34,499 nt of DNA from a virus (lineage: Duplodnaviria; Heunggongvirae; Uroviricota; Caudoviricetes): IMG/VR virus record IMGVR_UViG_648276647_000016, positions 1 to 34,499 of that record. One strand, 5' to 3'. Below the pieces are notes generated by a model. That model was not told where the DNA came from. It was given only the letters and a program-made list of their open reading frames with translations, and did not search any database. Positions 16,866 to 25,332 of the stretch are shown here, one piece after another (positions within the stretch are counted from its first letter, which is position 1; every line of letters starts with the position of its first letter). A program made the position numbers and the translations under genes.

Positions 16866-18541
16866 TGTGATTGCCCACCCTGACTACTAACTGCATTTGC
16901 CATAGCTGACAAAACACTCGGATCCGAAGTTTTAGCTTCGCTTAGCGTCTTGGCGCCCTGTGCCGCCGCCATCCCCATCGCCATCATTTGTTGCTGCTGT
17001 TGTTGCTGTGCCCGTTGCTGGCGAGCCTGCTCAACCTGTTCCTGCGGAACAATGACGGTTGGAGACACTCCGGACATATCAGCGAATGCATCAATCGCCT
17101 GATCAACGTTGAGTTTGTCGAGAGCTTCTGGTTTCGCTTGCGCAAGTTGACCAATGAAGTTAACCGTGGACGCCAGACTGGACAGGCCGATAGACTTCTG
17201 CGCCTGAGCCATGACGGAAATGTATTCGACCTTCAGGGGCATGCCTTCCATCGCGTCAGGCGGTGGGGGCAGCATGTTTTTACGCACCATCATCGAGAAA
17301 GCGCGGTCAATAAGAGGATTAAGACATTCGTCGTTCAGACGCTCCAGAACCGGCCCCAACATCAGAAGTTTTTCTTCTTTCATTTCGATCACCGCTTCAA
17401 CAGGCATCGAGCGGGTATTGATGTTCTGCAACATCATGAACAGATCGACAAAGTAGGCGCTGTTAATGATTTGACGAGTGTCCTGAATGTCTGCCACCAA
17501 ATCTGCTGTACTGGGGTTAACCAGATAAGCAGGCCTGAAGCCATCCTGACCAGTAATCTGATCGATATACGTGATGTCGCCAGGAAGAAGGGAGGCGCGC
17601 TGATTCTTGAGGGAAGTCGGAGCAACCATCGGCGGATTGGTGGCTTTATCAATCAACTGCGACTTGCGCTTCTGGAGAAGCTGCAATGCCTTAACAGGTC
17701 CAAGCGCCAGCATACCCGGGCATGATGATCCATAAACATCTTCGCCGTTAACTTCCCAGCGCGGAGCCATAATTGGAAACTCATCGAATCCGGACTCACG
17801 CAACAACTTGTCGTTATCGCCACCAACCTCGTAATAAACCGATTTGAATGGCTTGTTCTTGCTATCCAGCTTCGATGTATCGCGGTCAATGTTCGGGTAA
17901 ACCGAATGCATCACTTCAATCCACTTCTCGTAGGTGCCGCTTTCCCACATGCTTTTTACGGATTCGCTGACGTTATTTAGCCCGAACTCCTGAACAAGCT
18001 GACGAACAGTCATAGAGAACTTGCGAAAACAGGTGTCCACACTGCCACGAGGTGAGTTAGCCAGGTAGTAACTGCCTATCGGGAATGGCATTGTGCGAAT
18101 GATGTCCTCGTCATCCTCCAGCACTGCCATTGCACCAGTGCTGTATGTGCCGAGGCTTCCGTATAACTGCGGCAGCGACTGATAGAGATTCGACTTATTG
18201 AACATATCGTTCATGCGGTTCTGCACCGCCTCAAGCCACAACTTAACAGGGCCATAATCCATCATTTCAGGATCTGGCGTAGCCAGGCGAAACCACGGAC
18301 GCGCGGGGCTTGTGATGCCTGACATCATGCCACTAGCGAGAGTGCGCGCCGCCATAGTCCCGGTCGAATCAATAATGCGTGTATTGCGTCGATCGTTACG
18401 GTTGACCTCAGAAGTCAGAAAGCGGGAACCACGCGGGTTGATGTAATCACTCAACTCGCGCCAGTGCGGCTCGAACGACTGACGCTCGCTTTCAAGTTGT
18501 GCGAACTGTTTGTTCAATCGCTCTTTAGTTGTTTCCGCCAT
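16862..18541 (-). CDS. Portal (head-to-tail connector) protein, T7 gp8-like
   Basis: 559 aa; overall architecture and Gln/Ala/Met-rich C-terminal tail (QQQQQQQMMAMGMAAAQG) as in T7-supergroup portals. Confidence 0.7.
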   Translation of the reverse strand: MAETTKERLNKQFAQLESERQSFEPHWRELSDYINPRGSRFLTSEVNRNDRRNTRIIDSTGTMAARTLASGMMSGITSPARPWFRLATPDPEMMDYGPVKLWLEAVQNRMNDMFNKSNLYQSLPQLYGSLGTYSTGAMAVLEDDEDIIRTMPFPIGSYYLANSPRGSVDTCFRKFSMTVRQLVQEFGLNNVSESVKSMWESGTYEKWIEVMHSVYPNIDRDTSKLDSKNKPFKSVYYEVGGDNDKLLRESGFDEFPIMAPRWEVNGEDVYGSSCPGMLALGPVKALQLLQKRKSQLIDKATNPPMVAPTSLKNQRASLLPGDITYIDQITGQDGFRPAYLVNPSTADLVADIQDTRQIINSAYFVDLFMMLQNINTRSMPVEAVIEMKEEKLLMLGPVLERLNDECLNPLIDRAFSMMVRKNMLPPPPDAMEGMPLKVEYISVMAQAQKSIGLSSLASTVNFIGQLAQAKPEALDKLNVDQAIDAFADMSGVSPTVIVPQEQVEQARQQRAQQQQQQQMMAMGMAAAQGAKTLSEAKTSDPSVLSAMANAVSSQGGQSQ

Positions 18542-18555
18542 TTCAATGACTCCGG

Positions 18556-18762
18556 TTACTGACCAAGTAGCGTTTTACCGCTGGTATTAGCGGTTGATGT
18601 GTCGCCCTGAGAACCGGTAAGCAGCGTAGAACTACGACCAGCAGCAGCGCGACGGCGACGTGTTTCTTCGTCGCGGGCATCAACAACGGCGGCATCCTGC
18701 TCCTGTGGTGCTGCCTGAACTTCTGGTGTTGCAGGCACTGATGGTGAGCTACCCATGCACAT
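18556..18762 (-). CDS. Hypothetical small Ala/Pro-rich protein upstream of portal
   Basis: 68-aa ORF ending 14 bp before the portal start; low-complexity, could be non-coding. Confidence 0.25.
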   Translation of the reverse strand: MCMGSSPSVPATPEVQAAPQEQDAAVVDARDEETRRRRAAAGRSSTLLTGSQGDTSTANTSGKTLLGQ

Positions 18763-18830
18763 ATCAATGACTCCGTACGCAATTAAATTATTACCAATTT
18801 AACCACATATGATTTATTTGTCGTAGATAG

Positions 18831-18867
18831 TTGACATTTAACGCACAAATTATTACCTTTAGGGTAA
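18831..18867 (+). promoter_or_regulatory. Promoter-like element (TTGACA at 18831-18836) with operator palindrome TTACCTTTAGGGTAA (18853-18867)
   Basis: Resembles the PL-like promoter/operator at 28395-28438; oriented toward the tRNA module. Confidence 0.45.
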
Positions 18868-19189
18868 CAAAAGAGTTCATTCCGTTTACTAACCTGACTG
18901 GCTTGTCGTTAAATTGAACAGGTGGAGTGAGCTTTTATTTTGAGCAGTACGGCGTATGGCACATGCGCCGATAGCGGTCTGGATACGTTTAAGGGGCACC
19001 CTCCCTTGCTCGGGCAAACGAACCAGGTAGCCGGAATGTGCAAGTCGAGCGGTTTTATTCCGCGCACGGGGATTCACCATCCCGGCGATTCGGTGTGACA
19101 CCTCGGAAGAGACGAGGGTACAACGATGAGAGCATTTATGGAGCCGCGACAAAGTGTGGCGCCTTAACAGGCTAAGTGCTCTCAGCGTT

Positions 19190-19266
19190 GTGGCATTAGC
19201 TCAGCTGGACAGAGCAACCGCCTTCTAAGCGGTTGGTCGCAGGTTCGAATCCTGCATGCCACGCCA
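19190..19266 (+). tRNA. tRNA-Arg (anticodon UCU)
   Basis: Hand-folded cloverleaf: acceptor GTGGCAT/ATGCCAC, D-stem GCTC/GAGC, anticodon stem ACCGC/GCGGT with loop CUUCUAA, T-arm GCAGG-TTCGAAT-CCTGC, discriminator G and encoded CCA. Confidence 0.85.
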
Positions 19267-19464
19267 GAATCACGCCTAAGGACCGTGATGCCAGAAGTTC
19301 CAGGGGCTTGGCGGTGATGGTTTCCCTTGAAGGACTATCACCGCCCTTTTTACAGCAGGACGCCATTGCGATGACTTCATGCTGTAAACCAGTACAGCCA
19401 CGGAAGGCATAACTCATTGCTTCCAGTTCGCCCGGTTCGCCGGGCATTTTTTTAAGGTGAGATT

Positions 19465-19821
19465 ATGAACGACCAGCAAATCGAAAAAGAAATCGTTGAG
19501 AAAGGCAAAACGGCACCGCGAGTTACGCCCCAATATATCGAAAGCATCATTCTTGAAGAGCATTTCTTTACTGCTTATGACGGTATTCGTGCCGCCAATA
19601 TGGGCGTTGGCGCTGCGTGGACAGCGCATAAATCTACAGACCTCCTTACTTTCTGCGTACTGGTGCTGAAGAATGGCTTCACCGTCACCGGAGAGAGCGC
19701 CTGTGCAAGTCCGGAAAATTTTGATGCAGAAATTGGTCGGAAGATTGCCCGGCAGAATGCTGTAAACAAAATCTGGATGCTCGAAGGTTACTTGCTGAAG
19801 CAGAAGCTAAGCGAGCAATAA
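19465..19821 (+). CDS. Conserved small phage protein (possibly N4 Gp49 / Sf6 Gp66-like)
   Basis: 118-aa ORF downstream of the tRNA; family assignment is a tentative recollection. Confidence 0.45.
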   Translation: MNDQQIEKEIVEKGKTAPRVTPQYIESIILEEHFFTAYDGIRAANMGVGAAWTAHKSTDLLTFCVLVLKNGFTVTGESACASPENFDAEIGRKIARQNAVNKIWMLEGYLLKQKLSEQ

Positions 19822-19825
19822 CACC

Positions 19826-19837
19826 GTGACATGTCAC
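19826..19837. repeat. Palindrome GTGACATGTCAC (copy 1, flanks cCGTGACATGTCACAa)
   Basis: Exact 12-bp palindrome between the Gp49-like gene stop and the terminator. Confidence 0.6.
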
Positions 19838-19842
19838 AAACA

Positions 19843-19870
19843 GCCAGCCGATGAGCTGGCTTTGTTTTAT
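19843..19870 (+). terminator. Rho-independent terminator (AGCCAGC-CGATGA-GCTGGCT + TTTGTTTTAT)
   Basis: Perfect 7-bp stem followed by a T-rich tract; sits between the convergent plus-strand module and the terminase large-subunit gene. Confidence 0.6.
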
Positions 19871-19911
19871 CCTCACCAGAGGATATCAGCAGCATTATCC
19901 CCTCCAGCGGA

Positions 19912-21387
19912 TTAAGCATAGGGATCGTAATCAGTGATGGCCTTGCCTTGCTGGTTCTGCTGCCCGGGAATTCGCAGGCGCTTCGACACAGGGAACGCAA
20001 ACGTCAGCAGTAGCGCATCGCCTTTACCCGGCGAACGCCCAAGCCGCTCCTTGATATCTTCCTTCGGTTCGATAACGATTTTACCGTCCACTCGAACTTT
20101 GTACTCTGCCGCCGACAGGTCGTCCGCTGTTTCCTGGTCATCCAGCATCCCGCCGAGCCTCAGCCATATCTTGCATGCATTGAACATCTCCCCACGCTTG
20201 TTGAGCATCTGAGGGTCAGTAGACGCGCCACCGAACGGAACAAGTTGCCATGTACGACCCCACCCGTCACCGATTGACTTCAGACCAGTTCCGTAACCGA
20301 AGTCGATGAACACTGCGTCAGCCTGGTACTGGTCTTCAAAGTCAGCGATACGCTTCGCCATAATCAGATCGTCAGTGGTCTTGTTGCCAGTCCACAGCAC
20401 CTTACTGTGCAGACCCTGCCGCAGGTATATCACAGCGTCATCAACGCCGGAGTATGCCGGGTCAACGCCGATTATCACCGGAGCATGTGCAACCTGCGCA
20501 GCGGTTACCACCCGTTTCATTGCCTCGTCAGTAAGGCCGGTAGGGATAAACTGCAATTCAGATGCATCCGGGAATATGCCGCGCACACGGATTTTAACGA
20601 AATCGCTGTCTTCCCCGTAGTCATCAACCCATTTCTGCAACTGCTGTTTGTTAGTGCCTTCCACCGTCCGGCTGTCAATCTGCGCAGTTTTCCAGCGGTG
20701 TTTATATTTGCGGAAACATTCGCGGAAACGCCCGGTGTTACGTGTCGGGTTTCCGAACGCCACCCAGATAATCTCAGTGTCTTCGTCCGTAAGCGCGCCC
20801 TCAGCAACTTCCCACACCAGATCCGCAATGTTCGACGCTTCATCGAATACCACGATGATGCGTTTGCGCTCGTTGTGTAGTCCGGCGAATGCCTCAGTAT
20901 TGTGCTCAGACCAGGGGATTGCGTCAGCTCGCCACCGCTTGTCGTGCCCAGGATCATTGCTGTACATCGCGGTAGCGGTACAGGTAAACCAGTCTTTCGT
21001 GATAGCAAGGTTCGACCACTTGATAATTTCCGGCCAGGTCTTCGTTCGTAGCTGGTTGTCGGTGTTGGCGGTCACCACGACCTTACAATCCTCGCAAGTG
21101 GACATGCCCCAGTTGATCAGCATTGAGATGAATGCGGATTTACCAATACCGTGACCAGAAGCGCGTGCCAGCATAAGCGGCTGATAGCGCGTCTCTGGAT
21201 TCTGCAGGTGATCACGTATCTCTCTGAACGCATCAGCCTGCCACTGACGTGGACCGGTGGCATGTGCTAATTCAGTCCCCTCTTCCCCCCACGGGAACGC
21301 ATAGAGGGCATAGCCAAGCGGATCGTGAGTGAACCCTGCAATATCCTCGATCAACTGCTCTTCAGGAGATAACGCTGTATCTGTCAC
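19912..21387 (-). CDS. Terminase large subunit
   Basis: 491 aa with an N-terminal ATPase-like region (GHGIGKSAF Walker-A-like) and C-terminal nuclease-like region; 4-nt overlap with the upstream small-subunit gene. Confidence 0.75.
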   Translation of the reverse strand: MTDTALSPEEQLIEDIAGFTHDPLGYALYAFPWGEEGTELAHATGPRQWQADAFREIRDHLQNPETRYQPLMLARASGHGIGKSAFISMLINWGMSTCEDCKVVVTANTDNQLRTKTWPEIIKWSNLAITKDWFTCTATAMYSNDPGHDKRWRADAIPWSEHNTEAFAGLHNERKRIIVVFDEASNIADLVWEVAEGALTDEDTEIIWVAFGNPTRNTGRFRECFRKYKHRWKTAQIDSRTVEGTNKQQLQKWVDDYGEDSDFVKIRVRGIFPDASELQFIPTGLTDEAMKRVVTAAQVAHAPVIIGVDPAYSGVDDAVIYLRQGLHSKVLWTGNKTTDDLIMAKRIADFEDQYQADAVFIDFGYGTGLKSIGDGWGRTWQLVPFGGASTDPQMLNKRGEMFNACKIWLRLGGMLDDQETADDLSAAEYKVRVDGKIVIEPKEDIKERLGRSPGKGDALLLTFAFPVSKRLRIPGQQNQQGKAITDYDPYA

Positions 21388-21980
21388 TGATTACCATCCT
21401 GACGTTCTTTGAGTCGCTTCCTGGCTGCTGCTATGCGATCAGCAATTGTCACATTCACATTAACATCCAGACGTTCTTTGAACGCGTTGACATCAACATG
21501 CTTACCAATCAGCTCAAGATTCTTCACCTTGTCAGGCCATTTAATTTTTTTGAGGATTGTCTCTATCGAATCCTCGTTCATGTTCATGATGGTCGATGAC
21601 AGATCAAAGCCGCTAAGCGTAGTGCGCCAGATTTTCGGCCACTCGCGGATTGGCTTAAGGCTCCCATCGTCGTTGAGGATATCAATCACGTCCATCTGGT
21701 CGATCTCCACCAGGCGCATGAGAACGTAATCAGCACTGACACGCATTCGTTTGTTGCGCTCTTCCATCAGCTCGGCAATCCGTTTTTGAATGCGTTCATC
21801 GCGCATCATGACACTGGCTTTAACTGCCGCTGTATTTGGGGAGAATCCTGCGTTAATCGCTGCCTGAGTCTGGTTTTCAGGCGTTTTGATGTATGACTGG
21901 CAATAAGCCTCCTGCATTGCTGTTAGTGGCTTAAATTGCGTTGATTTGCGTTTATAGGTTTTAGGTTCAGCAGGCATCAT
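21384..21980 (-). CDS. Terminase small subunit
   Basis: Position immediately upstream of the large subunit with overlap. Start placed at the ATG at 21978-21980; the track start at 22058 is a TTG preceding a low-complexity Thr/Val stretch. Confidence 0.55.
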   Translation of the reverse strand: MMPAEPKTYKRKSTQFKPLTAMQEAYCQSYIKTPENQTQAAINAGFSPNTAAVKASVMMRDERIQKRIAELMEERNKRMRVSADYVLMRLVEIDQMDVIDILNDDGSLKPIREWPKIWRTTLSGFDLSSTIMNMNEDSIETILKKIKWPDKVKNLELIGKHVDVNAFKERLDVNVNVTIADRIAAARKRLKERQDGNQ

Positions 21981-22054
21981 AACCACCGTGGTAATAGTTA
22001 CCGTTGTGGTAATAGTACCATGCAAAATAAAGCCGCCATAGTTGGCGGCAGTAT

Positions 22055-22288
22055 TCAAAGTCCATCAAATTCATCGTAAAAACTCTCGTCAAGATACCCT
22101 TCCCATTTACCGCGAATGAAAATTACATCCTCGCCGCAAGGGTGCTGACTGTCGATAACTATATCCCTCCTGGCGCAACCATACTTATGCATGAGAAATT
22201 TAACCTCTTTCGGAAAATTTGCTGAGTTATCTCTCATATCTTCAAGGTCGTAGCGTATTTTTGGCATAACACCTTCGTGACATGTCAC
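22055..22288 (-). CDS. Hypothetical protein
   Basis: 77-aa ORF; its ATG lies inside the palindrome GTGACATGTCAC (22277-22288). Confidence 0.4.
   Translation of the reverse strand: MTCHEGVMPKIRYDLEDMRDNSANFPKEVKFLMHKYGCARRDIVIDSQHPCGEDVIFIRGKWEGYLDESFYDEFDGL
22277..22288. repeat. Palindrome GTGACATGTCAC (copy 2, flanks tCGTGACATGTCACAc)
   Basis: Exact copy overlapping the start codon of the 22055-22288 gene. Confidence 0.6.
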
Positions 22289-22626
22289 ACTATTAATTTC
22301 GTTTCATGCCAGCCTTTGGTCACCCAGCATTGCGAGTCACCATTACACGGGCATGAATTCACAGGAACTCTCTCGCCGCACTTACCGCAACGTTTTCTGC
22401 TGATCGATTTTATACGCCCGTGCACGCGTGCATCATCCTGGCGGATCAGTAACGCTATATACTCACCAAATTCGTAAGGCGCACGCCCGGGGCGACGCGT
22501 GGCACAGTTACGCTCCAGCATTTCAATTTCCTGAGCATCAAGCACAATCTCCAGCTTACGTACACCGGATTCAGCTTGTCTGGCTCTCTGAGCGGCTTTG
22601 CGCTCTGCTGCTGATTTAGCCATCAA
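22285..22626 (-). CDS. Hypothetical zinc-ribbon protein (C-x2-C-x9-C-x-C)
   Basis: 113-aa ORF with basic N-terminus and CGKCGERVPVNSCPC motif; possible regulator (speculative). Confidence 0.4.
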   Translation of the reverse strand: MMAKSAAERKAAQRARQAESGVRKLEIVLDAQEIEMLERNCATRRPGRAPYEFGEYIALLIRQDDARVHGRIKSISRKRCGKCGERVPVNSCPCNGDSQCWVTKGWHETKLIV

Positions 22627-22858
22627 TATTCACCTTTATCGCGAACACCTTTACCGGTTTATCACCGAAGTGCGGATGTGTGATTGTCTTGATTTCATAT
22701 CCGTCATACGGAACATCAATTCTGCGACTGAAATCGTCGCGCTTCGGATATCCCTTTGTGATAATCAGGCGGCCATTATGAGACGACAATAACTCAGTCC
22801 GCCTAGCGCCGATTATTCTGGCCGGTTTTGTAACCTGAGTGTCATTTACATGATCCAA
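22616..22858 (-). CDS. Hypothetical protein, possibly a 5'-truncated remnant at the IS21-family junction
   Basis: 80-aa ORF whose start lies within about 12 bp of the IstA start, so its N-terminal codons probably fall in the IS left end. Confidence 0.3.
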   Translation of the reverse strand: MDHVNDTQVTKPARIIGARRTELLSSHNGRLIITKGYPKRDDFSRRIDVPYDGYEIKTITHPHFGDKPVKVFAIKVNIDG

Positions 22859-22869
22859 CAGGAAATGGC

Positions 22870-24369
22870 GTGACGCTCAATACTTCTCAGGTCAGTTACT
22901 ATATGACTCAGCGTAAGAAAGGTATAACTCAGCATATCTCGGCCATGAAGGCTGGTATCTCAGTCCGTTCTGGTCGTCGGATCGAAAAAGGAGAGTGGGC
23001 AAAAAACAGTGTTCGGCACTGGCGCACACGCAAAGATCCTCTGGAAGCTGTGTGGGACAGCATGCTTGTTCCTCTGTTGAAAGAGAGGCCGGCTCTGACA
23101 CCAACAACTCTGCTGGAGATGCTACAGGATAAATATCCCGGCCAGTATCCCAACAGCCTTCGAAGAACAATGCAACGGCGAGTTCGCGAATGGAAGCTAC
23201 AGTATGGTGCAGAGCAGGAGGTCATGTTCCGCCAGCGACATCAGCCCGGTCTGCGAGGTCTGTCGGACTTTACTGAACTGAAAGGTGTAGTTGTCACCAT
23301 CGCCGGTAAGTTGTTGGCGCATAAGTTGTATCACTTCCGTCTGGAATGGAGCCACTGGAGCTGGATGCGGGTTGTGCTGGGTGGTGAGAGCTTCTCTGCT
23401 CTGGCTGAAGGTCTGCAGGAAGCCCTCGGACAACTGGGCGGAGTGCCGGTAGAACATAAAACGGACAGCCTGAGGGCAGCATGGAAACAACAGGGCGAAG
23501 ATGGACGCCGCGAGCTGACTGAGCGTTATGCTGCTCTCTGTCAGCACTACGGAATGCAGGGCGTACACAATAATGCTGGTCGGGGCCACGAAAATGGCTC
23601 GGTTGAAAGTGCCCACGGACATCTGAAAAGGCGTATCTGTCAGGCGTTGATACTGCGGGGCAGTAACGACTTCAGCACCATAGAAGAATATCAGGCCTTC
23701 ATCACTCAGCAGGTTATGCGGCACAACCGTAACAATCAGGATCTGGTCAAGGAAGAACGTCTTCATCTGAAACCGCTGCCGCTTCGTCGCAGTGCTGACT
23801 ATGATGAGCTGACTGTGAGGGTTAGCCGCAGCAGTACCATCAATGTGAAGCACGTCGTCTACAGCGTACCTTCCCGGCTTGTAGGTCAACTGTTACGGGT
23901 CCGGTTATGGGACGATCGTCTGAGCTGTTATGTTGGCAGCAGCGAGGTCATGAGCTGCCCTCGTGTCAGACCAGAAAAAGGGAAGACGCGGGCCCGTCGT
24001 ATCGACTTCCGACATGTGATCGACAGTCTGGCAAAAAAGCCCGGTGCGTTCTGCCATGCAACGCTGAGAAATGACATCCTGCCAGACGATGAATGGCGGA
24101 GACTGTGGCGTCGCTTATGTAATCATCTGGAACCCGACATGGCAGGAAGGCTGATGGTACATGCCCTGAAACTGGCTGCAGGATACGACGATATCTCAGT
24201 CGTGGCAAAAGGTATGGAGCAGATGCTGAATACCCCGGGAAACGTGGATCTGCACCGGCTGATGCGCTTCCTGGGTATAAAGGAAAAGGCGTTGCCGGTA
24301 GTCAATGTGAAACAGCATAACCTGAGCAGTTATGAGCAACTACTGCGTGGCAAGGGAGGTTCGCAGTGA
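22870..24369 (+). CDS. istA: IS21-family transposase IstA
   Basis: 499 aa with N-terminal HTH-like region and central DDE-type domain; GTG start with AGGAAA Shine-Dalgarno (alternative ATG at 22903); stop overlaps the istB start. Confidence 0.7.
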   Translation: MTLNTSQVSYYMTQRKKGITQHISAMKAGISVRSGRRIEKGEWAKNSVRHWRTRKDPLEAVWDSMLVPLLKERPALTPTTLLEMLQDKYPGQYPNSLRRTMQRRVREWKLQYGAEQEVMFRQRHQPGLRGLSDFTELKGVVVTIAGKLLAHKLYHFRLEWSHWSWMRVVLGGESFSALAEGLQEALGQLGGVPVEHKTDSLRAAWKQQGEDGRRELTERYAALCQHYGMQGVHNNAGRGHENGSVESAHGHLKRRICQALILRGSNDFSTIEEYQAFITQQVMRHNRNNQDLVKEERLHLKPLPLRRSADYDELTVRVSRSSTINVKHVVYSVPSRLVGQLLRVRLWDDRLSCYVGSSEVMSCPRVRPEKGKTRARRIDFRHVIDSLAKKPGAFCHATLRNDILPDDEWRRLWRRLCNHLEPDMAGRLMVHALKLAAGYDDISVVAKGMEQMLNTPGNVDLHRLMRFLGIKEKALPVVNVKQHNLSSYEQLLRGKGGSQ

Positions 24370-24689
24370 GCAATATCCATCACCTTGAACGCAGCCTGCG
24401 TAAACTACGCCTGACACGAGTTGGAGCTGAATGGCACGCTCTGGAAAAACGAGCGCTGGCAGAAGGCTGGACACCATCGCGCTATCTTCTGACGCTATGC
24501 AATGAAGAACTCCTGTGGCGCGAGAGTGAAAAACTGCGTCGTTATAAAAAGGAGGCCCGGTTGCCAGTTGCCAAAACGCTAAGCGAATACGACTTCAGTC
24601 AGGTGCCGGAACTGAATGGAGCTCAGTTCCGGCAACTCTGTGAAACGACAGACTGGGTTGATGCTGGAGAAAACGTTCTGCTGTTCGGG
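24366..24689 (+). pseudogene. istB: IS21-family helper ATPase IstB, N-terminal fragment
   Basis: MSNIHHLERSLRKLRL...DWVDAGENVLLFG matches the IstB N-terminus up to the Walker A position, where the expected GPSGVGKTH is replaced by unrelated sequence. Confidence 0.65.
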
Positions 24690-24847
24690 GCCAGCGCATT
24701 AGCACGCACCAGTTGCACTTCCAGTTGCGTTGCCAAATCGCTGATCAGCTTTGCCACACTGCGCATATCAACGGCACCACATTCAGCTTTCAGTTCCGAA
24801 GCCATCTCATGCCCGGCGGCAACTAACCCTTTGATATTACTTTCCAT
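24690..24847 (-). pseudogene. N-terminal fragment (~52 codons) of a phage early-right gene, truncated at the IS21-family junction
   Basis: MESNIKGLVAAGHEMASELKAECGAVDMRSVAKLISDLATQLEVQLVRANA reads as protein-like; beyond ~24690 the frame is antisense to istB. Confidence 0.4.
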
Positions 24848-24908
24848 CTTTACCCTCGCTTATCCACATAACTTATTGATTACATTGATAACTAAAAAGA
24901 TCGTCGAT

Positions 24909-25253
24909 TCAGAACTCTTCGATATTCCAGCCACCATCTGCTTTCTTTGGTTTAACCGTTACCCCGATAATTCGGAACGGATACTGATCTGCGGCGACTT
25001 TGGTTTTCACCCTAGCGTCGTCGGTCCAGAAACCTTTCACTTCGTGCAGTTCCATCTCTCCTGTGGCGAGCATCACAGCGAAATCTGGCGTATAGAACGT
25101 GTTGTCAGCTAACCGCAGCTTGATACCCTCGAATCGATACCAGGCTATTTCCCCTGCGCGTTTACGCTGCTCAAGGTGCTGGCAATACGCAGATTCTGTT
25201 TTGTTCATCTGGCCTGTTTTGAGTCGACCAAGAGCCTGTATCTGTTTTCTCAT
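24909..25253 (-). CDS. DUF1064-like phage protein (putative PD-(D/E)XK-fold)
   Basis: 114 aa; pattern YRFEGIKLRLA...YTPDF...ELHEVKG recalled from DUF1064 proteins of lambdoid replication regions. Confidence 0.5.
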   Translation of the reverse strand: MRKQIQALGRLKTGQMNKTESAYCQHLEQRKRAGEIAWYRFEGIKLRLADNTFYTPDFAVMLATGEMELHEVKGFWTDDARVKTKVAADQYPFRIIGVTVKPKKADGGWNIEEF

Positions 25254-25256
25254 GAT

Positions 25257-25332
25257 TTACCCCTTAGGTAATTAAAAACCACATAAGACATGAAATCAAT
25301 AGATATTAGAACATTTTATTACCTATAAGGTA
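25257..25332 (-). promoter_or_regulatory. Promoter flanked by two operator palindromes (TTACCCCTTAGGTAA 25257-25271; TTACCTATAAGGTAA 25318-25332)
   Basis: Minus-strand reading (tctaatatctattgatttcatgtcttatgtggtttttaattacc) parallels the PL-like region (ctcatatctattgacatcaaaccaaatacgcataattattacc). Confidence 0.5.

Larger units (their letters stand above)
22841..24690 (+). mobile_element. IS21-family insertion sequence, 3'-truncated (boundaries approximate)
   Basis: Overlapping istA-istB gene pair typical of IS21; istB similarity ends after ~108 codons. Left end guessed at TGTCATTTAC (22841). Confidence 0.6.

Noticed and set aside
16988-17725. 245-aa plus-strand ORF
   Set aside because: Entirely antisense within the portal gene; His/Arg-rich, non-protein-like.
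18889-19152. 87-aa minus-strand ORF in the tRNA leader
   Set aside because: No RBS, odd composition, and it lies inside a plus-strand transcribed leader; treated as non-coding.
19196-19447. 83-aa minus-strand ORF
   Set aside because: It is antisense to, and overlaps, the well-folded tRNA-Arg gene (19190-19266).
19824-19839. CRP-binding site interpretation of CGTGACATGTCACA
   Set aside because: Half-site spacing is 4 bp rather than the 6 bp of TGTGA-N6-TCACA.
20306-21154. Several plus-strand ORFs (104-168 aa) inside the terminase large-subunit region
   Set aside because: All antisense to a confidently called terminase gene.
22058-22058. TTG start giving a 224-aa terminase small subunit
   Set aside because: The N-terminal extension is a low-complexity Thr/Val stretch; the ATG at 21978-21980 gives a typical ~199-aa protein, so the shorter model was preferred (uncertain).
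22277-22477. 66-aa plus-strand ORF starting MTCH
   Set aside because: Starts in the GTGACATGTCAC palindrome only because the palindrome reads ATG on both strands; it is antisense to the 22285-22626 gene.
24690-25112. Continuation of the istB reading frame (track ORF 24366-25112, 248 aa)
   Set aside because: IstB-like sequence stops at ~24690; the remainder is a chance open frame antisense to the DUF1064 gene and the MESNIK fragment.
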